A stretch of 64,000 nt of DNA from assembly GCA_028023455.1 (NCBI GenBank), contig JAQFVV010000001.1:13578001-13642000 (forward strand), read 5' to 3'. The position numbers and the translations under genes were made by a program. Source of the stretch: Epiperipatus broadwayi. Lineage: Eukaryota > Animalia > Onychophora. Below, in pieces: positions 11,701 to 24,456 of the stretch. The notes below the pieces were generated by a model. That model was not told where the DNA came from. It saw nothing but the letters and a program-made list of their open reading frames with translations, and searched no databases. Positions within the stretch are counted from its first letter, which is position 1, and each line of letters begins with the position of its first letter.

Positions 11701-12464
11701 AATAAAAATCATTGGTAGATTGCAATTTATGGATAATAAGAGAATAGCCAAAAATAGTATTTAATTGGGTTATCAGTAAAGAATAGGCAACAAGATGGGC
11801 AAGAAAGGTAGTATGGTATGCAGACAATTTGGATAAAGACTTTGTCAGTATACTTATACAAAAGATGGGATAATTTTGTTACATGAATTGTTGAGTGTTA
11901 TAGTGAAGGAATGGGATAGAAGAATAGACGCATTAATAAAGAATAGGGAGTTGGAGAAATTGTATGGAGATTAAAAAGAGTTTATATATATATATATTAG
12001 ATGTGAGTAAATTGATGATACTGTTTAAGACTTGAACAGGATCTTTAACAATAAGGGAATATACACATAAATGGAAAAATATGGGTGATTTAGTCTGCAA
12101 GTTATGTAAATTAGCATAGAAAATATTAGGCATCTGTTAATTGAATGGAAATTTCTGCAAGCAGAAAGGGTACAAATAATGAAGTTGTGAGGAAATAAAT
12201 ATAAACAAAGTGATTATACAGAAAGTAGGTTTTTGGTTTTTATGTTGGGTTTGGGAAAAAATAAGGGGTACTTAGATATAAAGGCCATAGAGTTGATAAA
12301 GATTACTTTGTGAAAATGGGATGAAACAGCATAGAGAAGAATATGGGGAAAACAGGGTGGGAAATGGAAAGGAAAGATAAGGTAAGATGGGTAACAGGTT
12401 TCTCTGGACATAATGGTTAAGAGATTCTTGACTCAAAGAAAGGAGAAGCCACCGCACATCACAC
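8718..12464 (+). mobile_element. Near full-length decayed LINE copy 3: SGNH-esterase ORF1 remnant plus ORF2 (APE, RT, CCHC); CR1/L2/RTE-X-type architecture, clade unresolved
   Basis: ORF1 end ERNNVMFVDVWDFFINKR*LYSKDELHLAKQG (esterase DGLHL-like) at 8821-8915. APE start VKIGYLNMQSG...LEILAVR at ~9180-9285. RT motifs FPDSWNNTRVKLL..K, LYKVFAYMVAERL, FIDIEKAYNRV, LRQG and LLFADD (~11258-11273). CCHC at ~12090; tail cacatcacac. Many stops and frameshifts. Confidence 0.9.
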
Positions 12465-13768
12465 TGCAAACATTCTTTTTTAGAGAAATCGTGATTCTAA
12501 ATTTCTTTTTCTATTGCATTTTTTTTCTGTTAAGATTTCCCCCTTTATGTTTCTACATTCAATCTCCAAGTGAGTGAATTTTAAAATAATTATAACTTAT
12601 CTAAATATCTACAGTGAAATCATGATGCCCATTATTTGCTTTTGTTGTACATTGCATATAATAAGTTCATATTAAGCTTTGATTACAAGAAAATAGATAT
12701 TACATATTGAAGTGCAAATATATAGTATTTTTAACACATATGTTTTTATGTGCATAATATGCATATATAAATTAAAATTATAGTATGAACCAAATTTTAA
12801 AAAAATAATAATTTAGTTATTAATAATTAATTATGGAGCACATTTACATATATATTTATTGTGTGTTTACTCATTCACATTTTTTCAAAAAATAAAATAA
12901 CAAAAGACACTATACAATATTATTATTTTTTAAAAAATAAAATAAATAGTGACTGTGGATGTTATTTATTTTCTCCAATGCCTTTTTCCCCTAAGAAAAC
13001 ATTAATAATAGTCATAGTTGTTTTGCTCTTAAGAGTGTATCAGCTTCAGAATTTTTGTCATCCTTATTGGCCATTAACCATTTCAGATTCTGAGTTAAAT
13101 TCTTCAAGAAAATATTACATTTTGTAAAATTTTTAGCTTTTTATTATGTGAGTACTGTACCACACAAAAGCAATCGATAAAATACATGTGCTTTCAACTT
13201 AACCTAAAAAATGTAATTAATAAATGTGATTGTGCTCTAAGACAGAAAAATAGTTGCTATCATATCATAAAATTTATTAAATTTATAAATTTTAATATTT
13301 TTATTTTTTGTTTATTTATATTGGGCATGGATTGAAACAGTGTATACTGATACAGCAAATATCACATCTTCACTATATGCAATGATTTTTTTATAGATTT
13401 GTATTCAGGTTTTTTCATAAGATGATATTTTCAAAAGATGCTTATTTTTAAACTAAAGTCATAAGACTTAAAATTGCTTTGCTCATGAATATTTATGATT
13501 AAAGAAGAATCACATGATTTAAAAATTATTGCATTAACTGGACATATTCATGGTTCTAAAACTTATTCTGAACAATTTTTTATACCATAAGATTTATTAA
13601 GAAATATCAGGATATGCATAGTCCAAAGTCAGTAATAAACTGTAAATTATGTTCATCAGCTGCATAATAGGATATTATCTTATTAAACATTTGCATAAAA
13701 TTTGTAATCTAACTTCAAATTTTTTCTATTATTCTAATCTAAGAATATATGTTATATATTTTAAAGAT

Positions 13769-13844
13769 TAAAACAGGCAAAAACTCTCTATATGTATTGC
13801 CACTCAGTGCTATACTAACAAGCATAAGTAATTGTGATCATGTG
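13769..13844. mobile_element. Family A mini-insertion with internal inversion and 13-bp TSD
   Basis: taaaacaggcaaaaactctctatatgtattgccactcagtgc (one orientation) joined to aacaagcataagtaattgtgatcatgtg (opposite orientation); flanked by atattttaaagat at 13756-13768 and 13845-13857. Confidence 0.8.
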
Positions 13845-14483
13845 ATATTTTAAAGATGTAGTTAATGTTCATTCTTTAAATTACCTGAACAAACATTTGA
13901 ACAATGACTAAAATACTTCCAAAGGAAAATCCATCTATTATAATTATATTAAACATAAATAAATTTTAATGTATATATATTGCATCAGTCTGAACCTAAA
14001 CTCATTTTGAATCCCAATGCTAATGATGATGACTAGAAGATTCAAATAATAATATTTATTGTACATAATCACATATTAATGTAGTATTATCTATCTCTGC
14101 TAGCATCTTCTTATTTAAATGTAATAAAAATTAAATTTGACCATCAGAATATTGATCACAATCTAGATCATATCCTAGAAATATCTATAAATTATTGATT
14201 TATAATTTAGTTTACACAAAGTATGATCTCAGTGAACTAATACTGATGAATTTGTTATATTTCTCTATCAATAATCATGGATTACTTATTTCTCTGAACT
14301 GACTAAAATAATAATTTTTTCTTTATTTATTAAACAATGTATATAAAGAAAAACAAAATAAAATAACTCCAAACAAAATGAGATTTGTGCAAGGAGTTAT
14401 TTACAATGGTCATTAAATCTCAAAATTATTACACACAAAAAAAATAAGAATAGACATTAATGTAGTAAACATACAGTGAATAA

Positions 14484-14790
14484 TTGTATTTATATACTGG
14501 ACTATTTCCATCATCTAATATAAGTATTGAATGTTTTTAGAAAATTTAACTTTATTTAAATATTCCAAACACATTCACCTGTTAGTAACAACACACGGGT
14601 TAATATAGGCACAACGTTTTGAGAAATATTATCTTCTAGCATGAAAATTGAATCTCTTAAAACATTGTACATATACTAACCTGTGTATTACTACTAACAG
14701 TTTAATGTATTTGGAATATTTAAATAAAGTTAAATTTTTCTAAAGACATTCAATACTTATACTAGATGATGGAAATAGTTCAATATACAA
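14484..14790. repeat. Fold-back / MITE-like hairpin, arms ~140 bp
   Basis: gactatttccatcatctaatataagtattgaatgtttttagaaaatttaactttatttaaatattccaaa pairs with tttggaatatttaaataaagttaaatttttctaaagacattcaatacttatactagatgatggaaatagttc; short central loop near 14625-14655. Confidence 0.8.
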
Positions 14791-15357
14791 CTAAAACACC
14801 ATTATCACAAACCTTCAGGAAAATACAGCGAATAAATTTACAAAAGTTAATACAAAAAAAAAGAACAATAAATTATAAGGGAAATAGCTGTCAAAATTAA
14901 TTATATATATATGTATAAAAATGTAAAAATAAAATATATACATTAATTATGTGCAATATATACAAATTTTAATACAATATTAAATAAAAAGAATTATATG
15001 CAATTTTAACCACAGTTTCAAACATTTTTGAAATGCAGAAAATGGAATTTAAGCAAAACCTAGTGAATAAACAGTAACAAAATAATTAAATAATCTGATA
15101 CTATTGTTACTGAATTATATACAACTACTTTCCAAATAAGTTTGCTAATTCCAACCAAAATTTTTTTGATTAAACAAGTATTAACAATGAATACTTTATT
15201 ATATAATAATAATAGTAGTAGTAATAATTATTATTATTATAATGGCTAATGTAAATAAGCTTTATTTGTTTGAGGTAAGAATGCTTCACAATTTCCAACA
15301 TTATTTTCTGTATTTGAAGGACTAATTTATCTATTCTTATTACTTCTTAAATATTTA

Positions 15358-15509
15358 ACCTCTAAACATCACACAATCATTATTCTTTATGTTTACACAA
15401 GCTGTTTACACATAGGCTAGACTCTCCATAAATAGTGCCACTCAGTGCAAGCCAGAGTAAACCTTGTATCCATTAATTACTCTGGCTTGCACTGAGTGGC
15501 GCTGTTGTA
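15358..15509. mobile_element. Family A mini-insertion ending in a 24-bp perfect snap-back, with 14-bp TSD
   Basis: Family A 3'-end sequence (taaacatcac...) then gccactcagtgcaagccagagtaa (15437-15460) with its exact reverse complement at 15477-15500; flanked by ttcttaaatattta at 15344-15357 and 15510-15523. Confidence 0.8.
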
Positions 15510-16129
15510 TTCTTAAATATTTATTCTATCCTAAAAAATTAGCCATGGCCTAGCACAATTTAGAAACATGTTGAATTCTTTTTTGTACATTAGATGACCT
15601 ACAATCACATGTGTAAGTAAACTGTATGTATGTAATCAGGTTTAAAACTGGATAAAGAATGGGTACAACTAAAGCTTTCTAATTTTAAAGTAACAGTTTT
15701 ATGAAATAACTAATTATGAAAATGATAAAAAAAACTGAAGTATGTACAAAATCACATTTCATTCTCATATAAATACATAAAATTATTTAATACTTCCTTA
15801 ACTTCTTTAAAGATATACATACATCCTGTTCAAAATAATTTGTTAATTATATACAGTTTATAAAATATCTTTTAAAAATAAAAATTGATGTGATTTTGTA
15901 AATATATTATATATAAATGCAAATGAAAATTTTATAAAAGCATTAAAAGAAAAAATAATAATGAAGAATTTACAATTTTTTATTTATTACTAATTAACTA
16001 TTATATATAATTACATATGATTAAAGTTTCCACTTAATAATGACCTATTGTAAATTGTTGAAATTTCGCAAGCGTCATTAACCAATTTCATATGATTAGT
16101 AATTTAAAGTGATTATTTAAAATCTTCAC

Positions 16130-16870
16130 TCTTTCAGTTCCAAACACTTCAGATTGGCCCATACGTGCAGCTTGGGTGATAAAAGATAGATTGATTCATT
16201 CTATCTTCTAAAAAGACTTTATCTTGTGGTTGGAAATGAGAGTATTCAGTATACATAGCATTCCATCTTTAAAGTGCATGTGCCATAGTTTAAATCTATG
16301 TTTGAATTATAATTTATATATAATTAAATATTTTAGTTAATAGTAATTAAAGTTAAGACCTTACCCATTTTTACTGTTCATTAAATCTCTTATATTATTT
16401 TTAATAGTTCATCTTTTTTCTTTCTTTAGTCATGCATGGGATAGTTTTAATAAACACATTTTTGACAATAATCAAAATAGTTATTTTCTTCACATATTAA
16501 TCTTTCTTATTAGAAAGTTTCTCTTCTAGATCTTGAATTTTTCTTTACTATACTTTTATATTCATAGCTTTGCTGAATTTTATTCTTTTTCTTTTATCCA
16601 ATCATTTTATATTAGTATACTACCAGTTAATCTTCATTTCTCCATATTTATGTAATTGGTCAGTGAGACATTCTATCTTGTAGATCATATAATTGGCACA
16701 GTAAAGATATTTCTAAGATTCTTTATATATGCCTCCTCAAATAACTACATATTTAAGGTATTGATGATAACTAAGGTTGACATTTAACAAGTCATTTTAT
16801 AATTTCTACTAGTTGTGACTAATTTCTTCATAGTTTCACTTGTAACATCTGTTAATTCATTGAGGAAATT
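16130..16870 (-). mobile_element. Penelope-like element remnant (GIY-YIG endonuclease region), heavily decayed
   Basis: Minus-strand 16638-16688 translates MIYKIECLTDQLHKYGE (GIY-YIG-like). 16130-16290 is homologous to 49200-49380. Confidence 0.45.
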
Positions 16871-17099
16871 GTTTCAAAAAGTAATGACCAGCTGTTGAAT
16901 GTTGCCTCATCTGATTCAATTTTAACAAAACAGCAATGTAACTTAACTACAATTTAATGCTTCAGAGGGAAATTAAAAAACTGACAGATATGATTTTTTA
17001 TTTCATTTTGTAACTCCCATCCTTCCATCCAAACTCAAAAAACAAGCTACTTTTTGACTAAAAGAATGTGTTGATTTGTTTATCAGGTAACATGTTTGT

Positions 17100-17285
17100 T
17101 TTTTAATTACTCCCTGGTTAATGGCTCATTTAATTAACAGGTTGAATATTTAAAAAAAGCATATGACTTTATTGTTCAGGAGTTCATAAACAGTTTGAGC
17201 ACAGATCTGTGATTGCCAGAATCGATTCTGGGACCTCCCAATCGCAAGTCACATGCTCTATCTACTGTGCCAAATCATGTCAGGC
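17100..17285 (-). mobile_element. tRNA-derived SINE (Pol III A/B-box head), decayed
   Basis: Minus strand TGGCACAGTAGATAGAGCATGTGACTTGCGATTGGGAGGTCCCAGAATCGATTCTGGC: A-box-like TGGCACAGTAG, B-box-like GAATCGATTC, tRNA-like spacing. No clean acceptor stem, so not a functional tRNA gene. Body boundary approximate. Confidence 0.6.
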
Positions 17286-17944
17286 AAATTGAATATAAAA
17301 CTAAATAATTTAATTGAAAATATATTTTTCCTTTCTTGACTTTAAACAAAATTTTAGCTTATGAAAATTGAAGCTGAAACAAAATTAACTTAAATCTTAA
17401 AATAATCTGTTCCTAAACTAATTATTAAAATAAAGAAAAAGAAATTATTTACTGCACAAATAAAATTTGTTTTGTAATACTCAATTTTTGAATTTATACA
17501 TTAATTTCAGTACTAATACATATAATTGTATTTAAAATACGTATGAGGACTTTACTCACCATAAAAAATCCAATTCGAATTATTCTTTGTCTTTTCATAA
17601 TACAAAAAATATGCATTTTAGCCAGTATTATTTTACAGCATTTTCATTAGTTTGATTTAATTTTTTTTATAACAGAAAAGTTTGTCTAAGTATTAATTCT
17701 GTTCAAATGATTCAGAATTTTCGAAAAATATATTTAAGTATAAAAACATTTTTTCATATCTTAGTGTATGTAACACTAGCACACTTCCCCCTATATATAA
17801 CTGTTAATTGTACAGTTTTTATTTTACAGTACAATATTTTATTACTTGAATTACTTTTAATCTTCATAGTTTTTCTCTCTTGGATGAATTGTATAACTTG
17901 AATGATCCTAATACAGAAAATGTAATATATATATATACTTAATG

Positions 17945-18212
17945 TAATTGGAATGGATTTGAAACAGACTTTCAAGTTCCCTACAACTATCCAATCCATC
18001 TTATACAACTAATACACATGACCACATAATGTGGAAGTGATAAATGACCTTCAATATATGTATTTTGTGCTGAATCATCACTCATCAGTTAGTCCAGACT
18101 ATTATCTTTCACCCACATATATATAATCAGTGCTGAGTTTATATTAAGATAACAAATCTTCAATATTTAATGGACAGGCTTCAATCTTCTCTATCCTCCA
18201 ACTCTTCAGCCA
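17945..18212 (-). mobile_element. Family B non-coding HHR retroelement, solo truncated copy
   Basis: Homologous to 35305-35560 (gatttgaaacagactttcaag..., tttatattaagataacaaatct..., cttcaatcttctctatcctccaactcttcagcca). Confidence 0.85.
18051..18092 (-). ncRNA. Type I hammerhead ribozyme motif, family B copy
   Basis: Reverse complement: CTAA CTGATGA GTGATG ATT CAGCAC AAAA TACATA TA TTGA. Confidence 0.7.
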
Positions 18213-19579
18213 TGTACCAGATTACATCTTGTTCAATTTAAAATAAAACACTCTGATTTTACACGTTTTTCATCCACACACTAACATAGGTATATTAAAA
18301 AGAAAAGAAATAACATAAGCAAAAATACTCAGGTTTGGAATTAGTTATTTTTATTTTATAAAAACTGCAAGCTATTTATTTTTTTCATTCTTATTTATAA
18401 ACAGTAATATATATATAATGTAAGAAAAATGTAATTGTTTAAATTATTTTGTAATAATAAATAAAAGTTCCAGGATTTATTACATGTAATCTGGAATTGC
18501 ATTTGTAAAAAAAAAAGTTATGAGATATGCTAATTTTTTTGTCTTTTAATTTTGCTATTTTGAAATAAAGCTTTAGGGAGACAGCTTTCTTCTTTTAAAA
18601 AAGTTATAATATCAGAATAATCATAAACTTTTGATCAATTTAACCAGAAAAAATCTCTGTTAGCAGCATTTCAGGTAATCAAGCTGATTAAAATGGCAGA
18701 TCTAACTTGTGAATTATTGACACAGCTAAAATGAAAAACCTGTAATAGCTGAAAATCACATTATAATGGTGTGAAAAAAATCTAATTAGCATACTAGTCA
18801 AATAAAACTGGGAATATGTAGCTTCCTGCCGATGTCAATTTCAAAGTACTTTATCCCAGCATGCAACAACTGTTGAGGATCTAGAACTAGAAATATCTGC
18901 TGTCTTTTACATGAGTTCTATTAACCTATTTATGATAAATGTATAATTCAGTTATATTATCATTCTATCTGGAAAATAATTTAAAAAAAGTACATCAAAT
19001 GAAGCTTTAAACCTTTAAAACTATCTTAGAGGTCAATTTTTTAAAAGGGTCCTATATTTTTTAGTAAAGTGTAAAAACAGAATGCTGTTGCTGTGAAAAG
19101 ATACATTTTTACTTAAAATAAGAGACCTTTATAAAAGAATAGTAATAATAATATTTTCTAAATAATTTTAACATTTGGTTTTCCCTTTAAATATGTATTT
19201 AATTTTTTTTTAAATGTAATTTTTTTTTTTTACGAACACTTAAGCAAATAGAATTTAGAATTATTTTTATTCAATTATTAATAGTCTATATAGTTCTTAT
19301 CAATTGATTTATATTTTGTCAATCTCTGTTTATATTATTATAGTAAAATAATAATAATTATATGATGTTTTTATATTGGATGTAAGTATATTAGAGCTCA
19401 TAAGTAAAATTCAGTTTAATTAAATGAATTTCCTTTGATATGAATATATACTGACCTAAAATATAGATTTATATTTTATTTTTTATGCATTGGATTTACC
19501 CCTAAATATCATATAAAAAGCATATATACTATAAATAAAATTTTATTATTGCTTATTTCTCTTTCTCTCTCATTCCAAA

Positions 19580-20660
19580 TGGAGTTAAAGATAGATAAAC
19601 ACCTATCCTGTGACATATTGTCATGTTTTTAAGCTAATAATGGATAAACTGAGGGGCTAACATCTAGTAATTAGGGAGCAATTTAAACCTGACCTGTAGA
19701 TGATTTTTATTTTAGAGATGGCATCCTAAACTACAGTATGAAAGATATGTTATTATTTATAACTAATATCTATAGTGACAAGGGGTAAGACCCTTGTTGT
19801 ACTTAGACATGTTTGATGGGAATGATGGCCAGGAAATATGATTTATACTCAGTCTGACCATTATTAGTTAGGATATTAAGTTTAAAGATAATCTGTTGCT
19901 ATTCCTAACAATCTTTAACCCAGGGCTTAAACCTCTCATACATTCTTATAAAGAATTGTATAAATCTAGAAACAGGGAGAAAAATCATAGGCCATTTCAT
20001 TTGACATCTAATGTGTTAGGCAATTTTAAAGAATACTGATTTCCATTCACATGCTCTTCTCTAATGTTTTTAGAACAAAGAAATTTATAACAAAATTAAT
20101 GTTTTTAGATCTAATGGTGCTCAACATAGGGCATGTATATTGTTAATCTGATTCTCCGAAGCACATATTAATATGTCATCTATGTATCTCATATACATGT
20201 TTTCTGCAGGGACTAAATATTTTGGCACAATGTTGTTCTTGAATTCTGAGAGCATTTATGCTGCAAACAATTCTACTTAGTGGTATTCCCATAGGCCATC
20301 TGCTCGTGATTTTGTAGAACTTCCTGTTGGCAATTGCTACTATTTCATTATTAATTCATTTTAGAACATTATTTATGAACTGGTTTTTATATTGATTGCA
20401 GTTACTTTGCTGCAAAACACTTTGAATGATGCTGATAGAGAGGTCTCAAGTCACTGAACCATATAATACCATTATGTTTAATGAGGCTAGCTTGTTGTCT
20501 CTATTTTAATTTTTTTTAATTCTCTCCACACACTAAAAAGATGAATTAATAGTTTAAGTGCTGAATCCAATGTCTTTCTTCAACCAGACAGTTACTTTCT
20601 TTGCAGTCTTGCACTAATAGACCTTACTAAAATCTATCAACAACCTTAGTGGTTATCCTT
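19580..20660 (-). mobile_element. Penelope-like element RT remnant
   Basis: Minus-strand LYGSVT*DLSISIIQSVL, FYKI..PMGIPLS and EFKNNIVPKYLVPAENMYMRYIDDILIC (YIDD at 20175-20186). Boundaries approximate. Confidence 0.75.
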
Positions 20661-21374
20661 CTTTATGCAACTTGATATTAGTGAACATGTAGTGATATAA
20701 TGATTGAGGGGCAAATTTCTAGATACTCAGCTTATGTGTATGCTTTGTCACATAGTCTCAGAATTGTGGATACAAATTTATTTTGGAAATATTTTGTATT
20801 ATGTATGTCTATATTTTTAAATATAGAGAATGCATTGCTATTCCAAAGGATCCACAATCCATCAATAAAAAAGATTCCTGTGTCCCATTATCAAAAAAAT
20901 GGAACATCTAATCATTTCATTTACATACTGACCCTAATTTACATATTGGACCATGTTAATATAAGTACATATTTCTAACTTTGCATTCTCATTCAGCACT
21001 ATGATTCTGACAGCAATCTTCTGAAAGCTGGATCAGTGCATTTAAGATAATCTTATAGTCTAATTTACCTTTTCAGATTAACTTGAACATTACAAGTTTA
21101 TTAAAATTCCATAATTGTATAAAAAGAGTATAAATTGTTGAGAATAATATAATAAGTTTAAATAAAATATAGTTTTGTATTCTAATTTTATGTGAGTAAT
21201 AGAAATAAATAAAAAGTAAATAAAAAATATTCTGTACTAATTTTTGATGATCAATAAAAGTTATTAAATAAAAGTAAAGGATAGAATAAAACAAATATAG
21301 TTATCTGTAATTCACTGATTACTATATCAAAATTAAAGGAAATTGAAACATATCCAAATATTGAGAAAACAGCC

Positions 21375-22230
21375 ATGCAAGAGTTGAAACAACTAACAGA
21401 GTTAGAGCCTGAAAATAGAGGAAGTCAATCAGTAGAATCTACATCACCAGTAATAGGCTTACAAATGTTCTATAATTTGATTTTGGAAAGCAAGCAGAAA
21501 CTGAGAAGATTTGCAAGAAAGTCAGAAGAAATATATAGTAGAATAGAAATGAATAATGCAAAATGAAAGAAGAAAACCAACAGGTGATGATAATGAGGTT
21601 AAATGAAGTGAGAGAGGAGTTATAATAGAATCTGTAGTAGAATTTGAATGGATTGAAAAAGAAATGATGAAGACAGATGGGAAATATAGACCACCAAATA
21701 AGAGAAAGCAATAAGGAAAATAGTAAAAATATAACAGATATCAGAGAAAGTATAGATGAACTAACCATTAAGTATGAAGGATTTAAAAATGAATGTGGAA
21801 AATAAAGAATGTACTAATGAGAAAATAATAAAAAAACTATTGTGCAGAAAACAAAGAGTTTAAAGCAGCTATAATTCATCAACTAAAAAAAATAAAACCA
21901 AATATAGAAAGGCTTACAAGAAAACATGAGCATTGTGGATTATACAGAAAGAAAGCCAGAAAGATTTGATGTGATAAAATCAATGGGAAATGAATCTTCA
22001 AATCTCAATATTAAAGTTCATAGTGAAGTTCATCCAGTGTGAAAATCAATTCTTAAAAATAAGAATATTTAGAGATTTGATTAGTGAACACTTGTAGAAA
22101 GTTTAAATAGTTTAGAAAGGTATTTCAATCTTAATTGGATGGCAGAAGAGAGTAAATTGGCTATACCTTGCACTAACTTACAAGATGATGCTTAGATTTG
22201 GTGGTTTTTTATTATTTGATATAACCAATA
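21375..22230 (+). pseudogene. Purine-rich coiled-coil ORF remnant, possibly Ty3/Gypsy Gag-like or LINE ORF1-like
   Basis: E/K-rich fragments, ERKPERFD, and SLERYFNLNWMAEESKLAIPCTNLQDDA*IWW resembling capsid N-lobe motifs; many stops. Low certainty. Confidence 0.3.
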
Positions 22231-22289
22231 TATTTCAAAATTATAAAGAAGATTTAATATTTGAATACAAGCATATTTTATAGACTTAA

Positions 22290-22360
22290 AGTCTAGATGT
22301 AATGATAGGGGATTTGAACACAGACTTTCAAGTTCCCTTCAGCTATAATAATCAACTTCT
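22290..22360 (-). mobile_element. Family B 3'-end fragment
   Basis: ctagatgtaat...aggggatttgaacacagactttcaagttcccttcagc matches 35305-35340 and 49645-49685. Confidence 0.7.
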
Positions 22361-22566
22361 TTACAGACTATCAAGAGACTAATATAAAAATTTTCAGATC
22401 ATTGTAAATGAGGATACTTAGATCAATAAAGAAATACTGGGAGAGAGGAAAGTCTTGATACCTGTGTGGATGATAATTAAAGCCAACTTTCAGTGATGAC
22501 TCAGAATTTGTTTAAAGAATTTGTGATTTTAGAAGAAATATGTTTGTTTAGATTTTATTAAAGTTA

Positions 22567-22747
<181 letters not shown>

Positions 22748-23130
22748 TTACCAATAATATTTATTAATCCTTTGGGTTACATGGCATTACATAACATTGA
22801 TTGTAAGAGTTATAGGTGCAATCATATTATACAGGTTAATTTCAAGGGTTGCAAGAATCAGGTTTCAAGATATATTTTTTTTTACAAATGTTGCTACTAG
22901 TTTTGATCTAGAGATGAAATCAAGTTTAATCATTAAAGTCTTAAAAACAGTTTAATATAAAACTCAATTTCGTAGATAAAATCTGGCATCATATTGAAAG
23001 TTATTTACAGTGACTGAATTGTGATTATTGTTCTTTTAATTGTTAATCTTGTAATATGCTAGGGAGATAACTTATAATTCATGTAGCATAAAATCAAACT
23101 ATGGGTGCTGCACAAAGAAGAAAGTCAATT
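22748..23130 (-). mobile_element. Probable L2/CR1-type LINE 3' end
   Basis: Minus strand LLCAAPIV* (APxxWN-like C-terminal motif), then a 3' UTR with AATAAA leading directly into the (AAT)n tail. Confidence 0.4.
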
Positions 23131-23134
23131 CAGA

Positions 23135-23202
23135 ATAGTAGTAGCAGTAGAAGTAGCAGTAGTAGTGGTAATAGTAGTAGTAGTAGCAGCAGTAGCAATA
23201 GT
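23135..23202. repeat. (AGT/AGC)n imperfect microsatellite
   Basis: agtagtagcagtagaagtagcagtagtagtggtaatagtagtagtagtagcagcagtagcaatagt. Confidence 0.9.
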
Positions 23203-24456
23203 ATTTCTTTTTAAAAATGTGCATAATTTGGGTTGATAGAGGGAAAGGTACCTTTGTACTTTGAAAGTTTGTTTAATTGTGCTTTCTGTATTAGTGATGG
23301 GGATAAGAATTCTGACATTAGCTTGAGAGCTTTATGTTATTATGGTAGTCCATGTTGAGTTTTATCTCCACACTGTACCAATTCTTTTACTAACTTTACA
23401 AGAATTTCATAGATCTAAAATCACAAATGTAGTCTAAGTACTAAGTCTTAATAAGGCCTAGCTTCAGTCTGCAATAGATCATTAGCTTGGTTTTTGGTCC
23501 ATGAAGAATGAATTGTCCAGGCTTGTCATCATTTAGAAAGGTACAATTCAGGTAATTTGTTGGCATGTCAGGAGCTCCCTTCTATCTAGGGTCATTCCAG
23601 GCAAGCAGCTGTTTTCCAGAACACATTTAAAGCTATAGAGATAGAGAAGTGGGTTTTCTGTCCAGAATTATTCTAGGCAGGCAGCTGTATTATCCATAAT
23701 TAATCAGGCTAGTGAATGCAGAAGTGGGTCAGACTTCATGATTTAAAACTGCAGCATAGTAAATTAGTAGACTCCTGCTTCCTTGCATTCTTATATATTC
23801 ATGGCAGTTCTCTGTATAATTCTGCCAGCCATCTTTCTGGCCAGCTAAAATCAACTACTATCAACTATAACAAACTAAACTCCACACTGCTTTTCAAAAT
23901 ATTAAATCCAGGCTTTCCAGCTGGTCAATTTGGCTTACTGCTTTTCAAAAATAATAAACCCAATTCTTCTGGCCAGATCTTACAAAACCTATTAACAAAA
24001 CTGAACTGATATTTTTATCAGCCCTTTTTATAAGAGTCATCTGAGGTGATAAAAACACATTACAGACTCTTTCAATCCATCTAATTCTTTTGAAAACAAG
24101 TTTGAAGTTTTATCAAAAGTATGATTGAAAATTAACTTTAATCTTTCAGAATTTTATAATCTACAAAGGTTTTTAAAAATAGATAAAAAAATGTATACAA
24201 GCATTAATTAAAAGATTTCAAAAATAAATCATGCTTGTTTTTAAATTCAAAATCAGAGTACAATATTTATTTATCAGACTTTTTTAAATGTTTATTTATA
24301 GCAAAATTTTATTTTAAATCCAGGATTATTTAATTCTTTTACTATGGTTATTTTATTCCAGGAAAGTAGAAAATATCTACTAAAATTTTTGTCTGTGTTT
24401 ATTTCTACTTTTCCTTTACTTTATATAAAAACACAGAATTACCTCTTTATAAAACT

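Noticed and set aside
16050-16090. Minus-strand ggttaatgacgcttgcgaaatttcaac (and atgaagatgtcaattgat at ~49205-49220) as PLE HHR relics
   Set aside because: The core is two bases short or GAAA is missing; too little pairing to support.
17212-17280. Functional tRNA gene
   Set aside because: The acceptor and T stems do not pair properly and the B box is degenerate; recorded as a SINE head instead.
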